From an uncultured archaeon (GTDB lineage: Archaea; Micrarchaeota; Micrarchaeia; Anstonellales; Bilamarchaeaceae): 64,000 bases of DNA. The stretch's first letter is position 1, and each line of letters opens with the position of its first letter. Made by a program: the position numbers and the translations under genes. Shown piece after piece: positions 27,662 to 37,902 of the stretch. The notes below the pieces were generated by a model, which ran no database searches, had not been told where the DNA came from, and was given only the letters and a program-made list of their open reading frames with translations. The stretch covers positions 25,637-89,636 of the forward strand of contig CAVTHI010000001.1 of the NCBI GenBank assembly GCA_963734525.1, given 5' to 3'.

Positions 27662-28577
27662 ATGAAAATACTTATTACCGGCTCGAGCGGCACGATAGGG
27701 ACAAGGCTGTTCGAGATGCTGCTTGCACAGGGGCACGATGTCACGGGAGCCGACCGCAGGCCGAACAAATGGAAGCCGGAGCTGGATGCGTAAGACACGC
27801 CGGATAGACCTTCTCGACAAGGACGCGCTGATGGGGCTTGAAGGGCGGTATGACGCAATCGTTCATCTTGCAGCAAACGCGCTCGTGTACAAGCTGGTCG
27901 TCAACCCGGACATGGCCATGGAGAATGTGAACACCTGCTTCAACGTCCTGGAATACGCCAGGGCCAAAGATGTCGGCAGGGTGTTCTTCGCATCGTCCAG
28001 GGAAGTCTACGGCAACATCATGGGCGCAAAGCATGTAAGCGAAGGCGACATGCGGGTCGGGAACTGCGAAAGCCCGTATTCGGCGAGCAAGATGGCAGGT
28101 GAGGCGTACATGCACGCGTATTCAAACTGCTACGGCATCAGGCACGTGATAGCGCGGTTTTCCAACGTCTATGGGATGTACGACGACTCCGAGCGCGTCG
28201 TGCCCCTCTGGATACGGCAGATGAAGAAGGGCGAGGCCGTGACCATCTACGGCAGGGAGAAGACATTGGATTTCACCTACATCGACGACTGCGTCGACGG
28301 CATTACCCGCATCGTCGGCAGGTTCGATTCCGTAGCAGGCGAAACGTTCAACATCGCGTCCGGCAACGACGTCAAGCTGACCGACGTCGCGGAGATGCTG
28401 AAGGGCATCATCAAGTCGAAATCGGAAATACGCTGGGCGACATCCGTCCGGGCGAGGTCTGGAAATACAAGGCCGACAATTCCAAGGCGAAGAAACTGCT
28501 CGGATTTATGCCGAAAAGAGGATCGAGGACGGACTGAAAAGGACTGTCGGGTGGTATTCAGCGTATTAAAAAAATAG
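27662..28577 (+). CDS. NAD-dependent epimerase/dehydratase, several apparent indels
   Basis: MKILITGSSGTIG from 27662; SSREVYG, PYSASK, RFSNVYG and DFTYIDD motifs. Confidence 0.85.
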
Positions 28578-28779
28578 AAAATAGTGTTCCAGGTAAAATT
28601 AGTGGATTAGTAACTGGACTAGTGCTACTTAGGGGTGCAGAAAGGCCATTGAAGGGGGTATCTGACGAAATTCGGATTGACCTTCCACTGTGAACGGTTC
28701 CAGTAATAGAACTTTTTATGCACTGACGGGAGATATTAGAGGATTATTTGAAGCGTATTCTAATTCAAAGAAAATTTTA

Positions 28780-29238
28780 TTATGACCTAAACCCTTTTGG
28801 GCGGGATTTTTTACTTCTAATATCTTTCAAACTAATCCAACTTTCGGCTTCACAAAAAGTAATTTCAAATGCATCAAAGAAACCACTTCGTCCTAAAACT
28901 ATTTCATCGAGCTCGTTCAAAATACAACAATGGATATTTCGAAGTGTAACAGGATTGTGTATCAGAGGTATTTCCATCGTGATACTAGATTCAATACCGG
29001 ATACTAGTCCCCCGGCAGTATCAATCTTAGTTTCCTCACCTTGTTCGAGCTCAAGGATTTCTGCGATATCATTGTTGATATACATCCAAGTTGATCCTGA
29101 ATCGATTAACCCCATTGTTTCGAATTGGTTGCCTCCACTACCTTTCAAAATAACAGGTATACGAGGAGCTAGCGGTTTGGAATCGTCTTCGTGCTCTAAT
29201 GACAGTGATTTTCTATAATGAAACTTTTGCCCACTCAT
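28780..29238 (-). CDS. Retropepsin-like aspartyl protease
   Basis: GLIDSGS and IVLGRSGFF motifs; low GC. Confidence 0.8.
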   Translation of the reverse strand: MSGQKFHYRKSLSLEHEDDSKPLAPRIPVILKGSGGNQFETMGLIDSGSTWMYINNDIAEILELEQGEETKIDTAGGLVSGIESSITMEIPLIHNPVTLRNIHCCILNELDEIVLGRSGFFDAFEITFCEAESWISLKDIRSKKSRPKGFRS

Positions 29239-29242
29239 AGAA

Positions 29243-29449
29243 TCACAATATTTCCATGGAATTTTTTTTGGGGATTTTCGTTAACATGACACGTTTGTTT
29301 TTTGATTCCCCCAAAGCCTTTTTGTAGACGTCCGTGGCATTAGGCCCAGACGCTATAAGATTACCTTTGAAAATAGCTACCCACATACCCTGAAAATTAG
29401 ATAAATCCATTGATAGATAAGCATGATAATTCTTTGAGATGGACGTCAA
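29243..29449 (-). CDS. DUF5678-type small protein
   Basis: FQGMWVAIFKGNLIASG pattern; directly upstream of the aspartyl protease. Confidence 0.75.
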   Translation of the reverse strand: MTSISKNYHAYLSMDLSNFQGMWVAIFKGNLIASGPNATDVYKKALGESKNKRVMLTKIPKKNSMEIL

Positions 29450-29609
29450 AGCATATCACCTTAGTTGATAGTTTCCAGGTAGTATAATAAACTTATAGAC
29501 CTCGTTGTGGCGCATTATTGTGAATTATAGTTATAATTGGTGTCTACTAATATAAAAATCTGTCTTTTTTGGGTATACTTACCACCGAGGGATACTCAGG
29601 AAAAGAAAA

Positions 29610-29787
29610 TGCTCCTGCCGCGATTTGAACGCGGGTTCACAGAGTTCTTCCGCCTTTTAGGAAAAGGCGGCCCAAAACAGGTCTGTCTGCAAATCCTTCG
29701 AGGATTTGCATACAGATTGTTTTTGGGCGCTTTTTTCCAAAAAGCGCTGAGAGTCTGTTGTCCTTGACCGGGCTAGACTACAGAAGC
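29610..29787 (-). tRNA. tRNA-Glu(CTC) with a 103-nt intron at 37/38 (intron 29645-29747)
   Basis: GCTTCTG/CAGGAGC acceptor; ACAGA-CTCTCA^C-TCTGT anticodon arm; CCGCG-TTCAAAT-CGCGG T-arm; 75 nt after splicing; TTTTAAAA upstream. Confidence 0.85.
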
Positions 29788-29828
29788 TAAGCTTAGCGAC
29801 TAATCATGACAACAAGGGTTTTAAAAGA

Positions 29829-29993
29829 TTAAAGCAGGCCCCTTTTCCTCAGCTCCCCGGCGATTTTCGACGGCGCGGGCCTGCAGTTGCAGCTCCGCGC
29901 ATGCGCAAGGTGCCACTCGACCCTCTGCTCGAACGTCGCCCCCACCGGGATGCGGTTCCTATCGTGCCAAACTGAATTTATCTTTAACACCAT
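29829..29993 (-). CDS. Small His/Cys protein (54 aa) missing from the ORF track
   Basis: MVLKINSVWHDRNRIPVGATFEQRVEWHLAHARSCNCRPAPSKIAGELRKRGLL*; AGGTGG RBS. Confidence 0.7.
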   Translation of the reverse strand: MVLKINSVWHDRNRIPVGATFEQRVEWHLAHARSCNCRPAPSKIAGELRKRGLL

Positions 29994-30134
29994 TCCCCCA
30001 CCTTGGGAGAATTAGCAAAGGAAGATAGAAAAGGCTATCCGAGCCCCACAAGGCTCGCATGGATTATAACTTAGCCCCGATTTCTCCCCGGCTTCACGCC
30101 GAAGAGAGGGGCTAGGCGGGGATTGTCGCGCGTA

Positions 30135-30998
30135 TTACCTCTTCCTTCTTTTCTGGAGGCGAATCGAGGCTTTTGCGACCCTTGCGGCCCTTATTTTGCT
30201 TCGTGATTTGCGGACCGGCACGCGCGCCTTGCTCGCTTTCTTGATTGTTGAACGCGCGACGCGCTTTTTGGCGGGTTTCGCGGCTTTAGAGCGTTTTGAA
30301 ACGCGAACAGCCTTCTTCGGCGCTTTCCTGGCCGCCGGGACTGCCGGGGACAGGTGGGACATCTCGTCCCTGCCGTGCGAACGGACCGAGTGGATGAGGC
30401 TCCGGACTATGTGCTCGCCCTTCTGGGCGCTAAGCGGATGGCTGTCCGGGCTCTTGCGGGAATCGAAATGCCTTGATTGCTCCTGGAAACGCGGCGGCGG
30501 GAGCATTGCCGATTCCAGGCGCTCGCGGGCTCGCACCGGCATGTCGCGCATGTAGGCGAGGTCGTGGTTGGAAGAGACGGGCTCGATGACGCCGAGGCGC
30601 GGGGCCGCCCCGTCCCTTGACACCGGCCTGAAGTTCAATGCGAGCGCCGAGCGGTCCGACGGGTTCGGCATGAACGGCTTGGCTGAAACCTGCTTCGCGG
30701 GCGCGCGGATGTCCTGCACCGGGTTCCTGCGCATGGCAAGCCGCACAAGCTCGCCGCGCTCGCTTGGTGAAAATGACTGGGTTGCGTTCCGCATCAGTTC
30801 CGGCATGACGTATGCGGCCTCCGGCGTCCCGCCGTAGGTGCCGAGGAATTCAATCATCGCGCACTTGGCGGCCGCAGGCCCGCGCGTTCCGGCCCACTGC
30901 TTCAGTTCGGCCCAGACCTGCCTTGCGCCCTTGCCGCTTGAGGCGATTTCGCGCGCCTCGTTTCTCAAGTCTTCAGGAAAGAATCGCATGGATTGCAT
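30135..30998 (-). CDS. Hypothetical protein with a long Lys/Arg/Ala-rich C-terminal tail
   Basis: Tail AARKAPKKAVRVSKRSKAAKPAKKR...RRKR. Confidence 0.65.
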   Translation of the reverse strand: MQSMRFFPEDLRNEAREIASSGKGARQVWAELKQWAGTRGPAAAKCAMIEFLGTYGGTPEAAYVMPELMRNATQSFSPSERGELVRLAMRRNPVQDIRAPAKQVSAKPFMPNPSDRSALALNFRPVSRDGAAPRLGVIEPVSSNHDLAYMRDMPVRARERLESAMLPPPRFQEQSRHFDSRKSPDSHPLSAQKGEHIVRSLIHSVRSHGRDEMSHLSPAVPAARKAPKKAVRVSKRSKAAKPAKKRVARSTIKKASKARVPVRKSRSKIRAARVAKASIRLQKRRKR

Positions 30999-31067
30999 TC
31001 TCCGCTAAGCTTAATTTATGTATCTGTCCAAGGGACTATGCTTGTTTTGCATAATTGAGGTGTGACA

Positions 31068-32541
31068 ATGGATTTCAACAGGGATGTCAAAAAGCCCAGT
31101 TTCAGGAAGATTGACGATTACGTCTGGGAGATAGGCACGGATTACAAGCCGGGCATGCTCGTCCCGGCGCGCATGTTCGCGAGCGAAGCGCTTCTCAACC
31201 ACATGGACAACACGGTCTTCGACCAGATAACCAACGTCGCGACGCTTCCGGGCATCGTGAAATACGCTTACTGCATGCCGGACGGGCACAGCGGCTACGG
31301 GTTCCCGATTGGCGGGGTCGCCGCGATGGACGTCAACGACAACGGCGTCATCTCGCCTGGCGGCATCGGGTTCGACATCAACTGCGGCATGAGGCTCGTC
31401 CGCACGGATTTGACAATCAAGGACGTCCAGCCGCGCCTGAAGGAGCTCGTGGATAAATTGTTCGGGAAGGTCCCGGCAGGCGTCGGCAGCAAGGGATTCG
31501 TCAGGCTGGATGCCGGCGCGTTCCGCAAGGTAATCGAGGAGGGCGCGCCTTGGTGCGTCGACAACGGCTACGGATGGAAGGACGACCTCGAAGCCACCGA
31601 GCTCGGGGGCAGGGACGATGGCGCGGACGAGAAGACAGTTAGCGACAAGGCGGTCGAAAGGGGGAAGGGCCAGATAGGCACGCTGGGGAGCGGCAACCAT
31701 TACCTTGAAATCCAGCATGTGAAGGAGGAGAACATATTCGACAAGGCGCTCGCAAAGAAATGGGGCATCTTCCCGGACCAGATAGTCATCATGTTCCATT
31801 GCGGCTCGCGCGGGTTCGGCCACCAGGTCGCGACGGACTACCTCAACCAGTTCCTCTCGGTCATGGAGAGCAAGTACAAGATCAAGATACTCGACAGGGA
31901 GCTTGCATGCGCCCCGTTCAATTCCCCTGAGGGGCAGGCGTATTTCAAGGCCATGAAGTGCGCGATGAACATGAGCTTCGCGAACAGGCAGACAATCGTC
32001 CACCGCGTGCGCGAGGTGTTCAGCGAAGTCTTCAAGACGGATGCGGAAAAGCTCGGGATGAAACAGGTTTACGACGTCTCGCACAACCGGGCCTCGGTGG
32101 AGAAGCACAGCGTGGACGGGACCATGAAGGAGCTGGTCGTCCACCGCAAGGGCGCGACCGCGGCATACGGCCCGGGCAGGGAAGAGCTTTCCCCAAGGTT
32201 CCGCGACGATGGCCAGCCGGTAATCATCGGCGGGAGCATGGAAACCGGCAGCTACCTGCTTTCAGGCGTCGCAAGCGGCGCGAGCACGTGGTTCACGACA
32301 GCCCACGGCTCAGGCAGGACGATGTCCAGGACGAGGGCCAAGCAGCTCTACCGCGGCGACCAACTGCAGAAGGACATGGAAAAGCGCGGGATTTACGTGA
32401 AGACGAGCTCGTATGCGCGGCCTTGCCGAAGAGGCAGGCGCGGCGTACAAGGACATCGACGAGGTCATCGAGACCACCCACCGGGCGGGGATATCGAACA
32501 AGGTGGCCAAGCTCGTGCCTATAGGGAATGTCAAGGGCTAG
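31068..32541 (+). CDS. rtcB: RNA-splicing ligase RtcB, apparent +1 indel near 32416
   Basis: [30 protein letters not shown] and HGSGR; shifted frame [16 protein letters not shown]...GNVKG*; GAGGTG RBS. Confidence 0.95.
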
Positions 32542-33502
32542 AGCTCGCGAAGTCGCCCCTCCCAGTGTTGATTGCGAGAGTGGTGGAGCGCTCCAAGACC
32601 GAGCCCCGGATTGCCGCGAATACCGTCGCGGCACTAGGCTCGCATGCGAGGCCGGCGCGATTCGCCACCTTGTAGGCCTCCAGGATTTCATCGTCGGTGA
32701 CATAGCACAGGCAAGCAGTCATTTTCCGGAAAAAGGAGAATGGTGTCACAAGTTTGTCCGCAACACGGCTTTTCTGGGAGACGCGAAAAAATGGGTTCCC
32801 GGCCACGGAGGCGCCCCGTATCCTGGCTATGGAATGCGGATGCTCCCACTGCTCATTTCCGAAAGGGTGGTGACACATGAAGTTGAAATAGAGCTCGCCG
32901 CTGCCGATGGGCATGAAAATCACATCCGCCGTCTCCCGGGCGACCTCTCCGACCAGCCGTACGTACAGGCCGGATTCGGGGGACTGGAAAGTGAGATATT
33001 CCGGGTTTATAAGCGAAACGTGGTCTTTTCCAAAGCGCCCGACCAAAAGCTCGACCTGCTTGCTCCGTGAGAGTATGATGTCAATCAGCTCAGACGGGGG
33101 AAAATAATGGGTTGAAAGATCGAGTTCAAGGACCTCGGACACCTCGGCAAGTTTCCCCTTGATTGCCGGTTCCAGCCCCCTATCCACGAAATTGACGACA
33201 CCGACAACCCGGTCGCCGGTATACCGGTTGTACATATCCGCGATTTTTCCAAGGCTATAGCCGGCGTTGCCATAGGTTATGGAATAGACGACCATGGCGT
33301 TGACAATAGCGCGCTCCGCGTGGAATAGCTCAAGCAGCCGCACGCTCCGGAAATCCTTCATGGTGCCCGTGACGGTGCGGCTACAATCCTTTACCCAGAG
33401 GTCCTCTGTTCTGCAGAAATCCGACAGCAGTGGCGGCGCCCGTATCAGCGGGGCCTTTGGCCTGAGCAGCCGGTGAGGGAATGACGACAACTGGGTAGGC
33501 AT
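32531..33502 (-). CDS. Divergent PLP-dependent fold-type II enzyme (threonine synthase-like)
   Basis: [29 protein letters not shown] and INTG motifs. Confidence 0.75.
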   Translation of the reverse strand: MPTQLSSFPHRLLRPKAPLIRAPPLLSDFCRTEDLWVKDCSRTVTGTMKDFRSVRLLELFHAERAIVNAMVVYSITYGNAGYSLGKIADMYNRYTGDRVVGVVNFVDRGLEPAIKGKLAEVSEVLELDLSTHYFPPSELIDIILSRSKQVELLVGRFGKDHVSLINPEYLTFQSPESGLYVRLVGEVARETADVIFMPIGSGELYFNFMCHHPFGNEQWEHPHSIARIRGASVAGNPFFRVSQKSRVADKLVTPFSFFRKMTACLCYVTDDEILEAYKVANRAGLACEPSAATVFAAIRGSVLERSTTLAINTGRGDFASSSP

Positions 33503-33612
33503 ATGTAGATATGTGTTGATAAATGTTTAAAAATAAGTTTAATCGGCCGATTCCAGGAGTTGCACCGCCACCTGGGCGCCGGTTTATAACCAATTGGGCA
33601 GGTGTATCCACT

Positions 33613-34504
33613 ATGGACAGGGTTCCAGTCACAATTATCACAGGCTACCTTGGCGCCGGCAAAACGACGCTGCTCAGGCGGATAGCCGCCCAATCCAGCG
33701 AGTCCGGGATGAAGCTCGCCATCATCATGAACGAATTCGGCGAAATCGCCATAGACAGCAAGGTGGTCGAAGGCAAGGGCATCAGCATAGCCGAGCTTGC
33801 CGGCGGCTGCGTGTGCTGCTCGCTTTCCGGCGAATTCGGCCTAGCGGTGTCGGAACTGCTTGAAACGGCGAAACCGGAATGGATTGTGGTCGAGACGACC
33901 GGCGTCGCCGAGCCCGCCGCGCTCGCTTATGACATCCGGGAAAACATCCCCGAATATCCGGCTGGACTCGATTGTGACGGTAGTGGACGCAGATGCGATG
34001 GCGAGGTTCCCGAGCCTCGGGCACACCGGACGGGAGCAAATCGAGCTTGCGGACATCATAATCATCAACAAGGCGGACCTTGTCGCGGAGGACGCGCTCG
34101 ACCAAGTGAGGCAGGCGGTCAAGATAGCTGAATGGCCGCGCATCGATTGGAGGCTGAGCGGTGCAGGGTGGATACGCCTGCGCTTTTCGGAGTCATGCGC
34201 GATGCGCCCGCACCAAAGCACAAGACGCACAAGGTTTCTTTCGGGCATTTCGATTATTCATCCGACAAGACAGCTGGACCATGCTTCGCTCATCCGCGTC
34301 CTTGAAACGCTCCCGTCCGGGATTTACCGCGCCAAGGGGTTCGCCAGGACGGAAAAGGGCGGCTTCCTCGTGAATTACGTGGCGGGAAGGTTCGAGTTCG
34401 AGGAGCATGCGTGCAGCAGGACCGGGCTGGTTTTCATAGGCAAGGATGCAGGCAGGTTCGAGGAGGGCATCGTCAGGTCGCTCGAATCCGCATCCGCGAC
34501 ATGA
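33613..34504 (+). CDS. CobW/COG0523 metallochaperone GTPase, several apparent indels
   Basis: GYLGAGKTT, NEFGE, GGCVCC, ETTG, NKAD and RAKG motifs. Confidence 0.88.
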
Positions 34505-34577
34505 TTCGGCCTGCACTGCCTGCACTATAAGGATATAATGATGGGCGAATAACAGGATAACGATGAATTGAAGTGGT

Positions 34578-35012
34578 ATGATGCCTTACAGATTCCTTGA
34601 GGGCCTGACGATGGCTGATATCGCATTCGAGGCGACAGGCGCGACGCTCGAGGAGATGTTCGCCAGCGCCGCCGATGCGGTCACCAACACACAGCTTCAG
34701 GACCTAAGCGAGATAAAGCCGGATATCAGCAAGAAATTCATGCTGAAGGCCGGCGAACCCGAAAGGCTGCTCCACGACTTCCTCCAGGAGCTCATTTTCC
34801 TCAAGGATGCCGAACTGCTCCTTTTCCGCGAATACGATTTGAAGATTTCCAGGGCTGAGGATGGCCTGGTCCTGGCGGCGAGCTTGAAAGGCCAGCAGAT
34901 AGACCAGAAAAAGCACCACCTGCTTGTCGATGTGAAGGCGGTCAGCTGGCACAAGTTCAAGGTCGAAAAAACCGCCCATGGATGGAAAGCGGTAGTCATC
35001 ATAGACGTGTGA
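34578..35012 (+). CDS. Archease (RtcB cofactor)
   Basis: ADIAFEATG, DVKAVSWH and C-terminal IIDV. Confidence 0.92.
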   Translation: MMPYRFLEGLTMADIAFEATGATLEEMFASAADAVTNTQLQDLSEIKPDISKKFMLKAGEPERLLHDFLQELIFLKDAELLLFREYDLKISRAEDGLVLAASLKGQQIDQKKHHLLVDVKAVSWHKFKVEKTAHGWKAVVIIDV

Positions 35013-35053
35013 TTGCACGGGCGCATGATGGCATCCGCAAACTTTGGACCTGC

Positions 35054-35950
35054 TCAGGGAACGAAAACCGTGCCCTTTTTGCCTTCGAGGGCGTCGCGGA
35101 TATCCGTGATGGAGCAGATGATTGCCTTCCCCCCGCCATTTTCCAGGAACCGCAGCGCCGCCTCGACTTTCGGCTTCATGCTGCCCTCGGCGAAATGATT
35201 TTCCGCGAGGTGCTTCCGCGCATCCCGCGCATTTACCCGGCCGAGCGCCCTCTGGGACTTTTTGCCGAAATCCAGGTAGGCGGCATCGATTGATGTCACA
35301 AAAACGAGCAGGTCCGCCTTGATGTTCGATGCGAGGAGCGATGTCGCGGAATCCTTGTCTATCACGGCTTCGAGCCCCTCCCCGCCTTTCGTTATCGGTA
35401 TCCCCCCGCCCCCGACCCCTATCACGACGAACCCTTTTTCGAGCAAGGCGCTTATCGCGTCATGCTCGCGGATTTTGAGGGGCTCCGGCGATGCCACGAA
35501 AAGGCGGTATCCCCGCCCGGCATCCATCTTGTATGCGGTCCCGGGTTGCGGGTTCATGTTTTTTGGCGGCGCATCGAAGAAAGGGCCGATGGGCTTCGAT
35601 GGATTCACAAACGCCTTGTCTTCCTTGTCTACGACGACACGCGTAATCAGGGTGGCCGAATGCAGGCCGGTCATCGAGACCGCGGTCGAGAGGAAATAGC
35701 CTATCTGGCCCTGCGTCATGGCATCCAGCACGTCAAGCGGCATGGGCGCGACCTTGTCCGTCGCCTGCTGCTGGATGAGCAGGTTGCCGACCTGCGGCCC
35801 GTTCCCGTGCGTGAGCACCACCTGGTTCTGCCTGAGTATGGGCTCAAGGCTCGAGATTGCGGATTTGGCGGCAAGGAGCTGCTCTGCCGCGGTCCCCCTG
35901 TCCCCCTTCCTAAGCAGGGCGTTGCCCCCGAGCGCTATGACGATACGCAT
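35054..35950 (-). CDS. arcC: Carbamate kinase
   Basis: ALGGNAL, HGNGPQVG, KPIGPF, GGGGIP, EAVIDKD and GSMKPKV motifs. Confidence 0.95.
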   Translation of the reverse strand: MRIVIALGGNALLRKGDRGTAAEQLLAAKSAISSLEPILRQNQVVLTHGNGPQVGNLLIQQQATDKVAPMPLDVLDAMTQGQIGYFLSTAVSMTGLHSATLITRVVVDKEDKAFVNPSKPIGPFFDAPPKNMNPQPGTAYKMDAGRGYRLFVASPEPLKIREHDAISALLEKGFVVIGVGGGGIPITKGGEGLEAVIDKDSATSLLASNIKADLLVFVTSIDAAYLDFGKKSQRALGRVNARDARKHLAENHFAEGSMKPKVEAALRFLENGGGKAIICSITDIRDALEGKKGTVFVP

Positions 35951-36000
35951 GAGGCGCTTTTGCATGATAGAATAAAAATATCATAGGGTATAACCAACCC

Positions 36001-37315
36001 ATGAAAAGGAACGTGCTCATTCTCGGCGCCGCAGGCAGGGATTTCCATAATTTCAACATGTTTTTCCGGGACAACCCGGAATACAGCGTCGCGGGCTTCA
36101 CCGCCACCCAGATTCCGAATATAGCGGACCGCAGATATCCGCCGGAGCTATCGGGGAAGCTATATCCCAAGGGGATACCGATTTTCGACGAAAGCAGGAT
36201 GGAGGAGCTCATCGTGAAGCACGCAATCGACGAGGTGTATTTCTCGTATTCCGACGTCGCGCAACGAGTATGTCATGCACCTCGCTTCCAGGGCGCAGGC
36301 AAAGGGGGCGAGCTTCGTCCTTCTCGGCCCGCGCGAGACCATGCTGAAAAGCTCGAAGCGCGTCATCGCGGTCACCGCGGTGAGGACGGGGGCCGGCAAA
36401 AGCGCGCTTTCCCGCACGATTACGAAAATCCTCAAGGCGAAGGGCGTCAAATTCGTGGTTATCCGCCACCCGATGCCGTATGGCGACCTCGTGAAGCAGC
36501 GCGTCCAGCGGTTCGCCACCATGGAGGACATGGAAAAGCAGAACTGCACGTTCGAGGAGAGGGAGGAATACGAGCCGCATGTGCGGAACGGCGTCATCGT
36601 GTACGCAGGAATCGACTATGGCGAAATCCTGAGGCAGGCCGAAAAGGAGGCTGACGTAATCGTTTGGGACGGGGGCAACAACGACATGTCGTTCATCAAG
36701 CCGGACCTGCACATAACGATTGCGGATTCGCTGCGGCCCGGCCACGAGCTTTGGTATTACCCGGGCGAGACGAATTTCCGCATGGCGGACATCATAGTCA
36801 TAAACAAGGTGAGCGAGAACCCGATGGACGTCCGGCGCATCCTCAAGAACTGCGAGAAGGCGAACCCGAAGGCGAAAGTCATCGAGACCGACATGGAATT
36901 GACGCCGTCCAGGGAATTCGAGCTTTACGGGAAGAAAACGATAGTCATCGAGGACGGCCCGACTGTGACGCACGGAGGGATGAAATTCGGCGCCGGGTTC
37001 GAATACGCCGCGAGGAACGGGGCGGACATCATAGACCCGAGGCCTTTTGCGGTCGGGAGCATCAAGGAGATATATTCCAAATTCGACAGCATCGGGCTCG
37101 TCGTGCCCTCCATGGGGTATTACGAGAAGCAGATGAAGGACCTGGCCGAGACGATAAACCGGAGCAAGGCCGAAATCGTGGTTTCGGGAACCCCGATAAA
37201 CATCACCAAGCTGCTTAATGTCAACATACCGGTCCTGCACATCGATTTCAACATCAAGGAGCGCACCGGAAGCCTGGATTCGATAGTCGCGAAGTTCCTC
37301 AAGGGAAAGGACTGA
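36001..37315 (+). CDS. arcE: cDPGS-family P-loop enzyme, likely arginine synthetase; apparent +1 indel near 36262
   Basis: GAAGRDFHNFN, RTGAGKS, RHPMPYG, EEREEYE, WDGGNND and EDGPTVTHGG motifs; divergent from arcC. Confidence 0.75.
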
Positions 37316-37354
37316 AGGCGCAAACGCGAGGGAGCTGCGAGCTGGCTGGGAATA

Positions 37355-37852
37355 TCAGCGGTTCTCCCCCTTGTATTGCCCCTCGTACAGCGTGTTCGCA
37401 TCCTCGGCGAGCCGGATGAAAATCATCTGGCCTATTTTCGCGTTCTTCTTGAACACCGCCCCGTGCTCGTTTCGCACGACAAGCAAGGCCTCGCTCCTGC
37501 CCTCATATCCAGGGTCCCACACGGCGCATTCGAGGGTGACGCCGCAGCGCAGGAGCGACGAGCGCGGGAGGCAGAGCCCGGCGACGTTCTTCGGAATCCT
37601 CACGTATTCGTTGAATATCACCTTGTATGCGCCCATCTTGAGGTGCACGCGGTCGGCTTCCGCGCCGGAATCGAACTGAACGGGCTCGACCGGGCTGATT
37701 TTCCTCTCCTTGTTGTCGAAGTCAATCAGGCCGGCCTCCTTGAACCTGTAGACCTCCTTCAGGGTGATGTCTATCCCGCAGGGCTGGTACTGGCTGCTGT
37801 GCAGGCCCTCGAATATCTTCGCCGCCTCAAGATGCTGCTTCGGGAGAATCAT
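37355..37852 (-). CDS. Trimeric dUTPase/dCTP deaminase family protein
   Basis: QPCGIDITL, PRSSLLR, WDPGYEGR and YEGQY motifs. Confidence 0.9.
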   Translation of the reverse strand: MILPKQHLEAAKIFEGLHSSQYQPCGIDITLKEVYRFKEAGLIDFDNKERKISPVEPVQFDSGAEADRVHLKMGAYKVIFNEYVRIPKNVAGLCLPRSSLLRCGVTLECAVWDPGYEGRSEALLVVRNEHGAVFKKNAKIGQMIFIRLAEDANTLYEGQYKGENR

Positions 37853-37902
37853 GGGGCTAATACGCAAGGCAGGTTTATATTTTTGGGGGGAGAGACGAGG
37901 GT

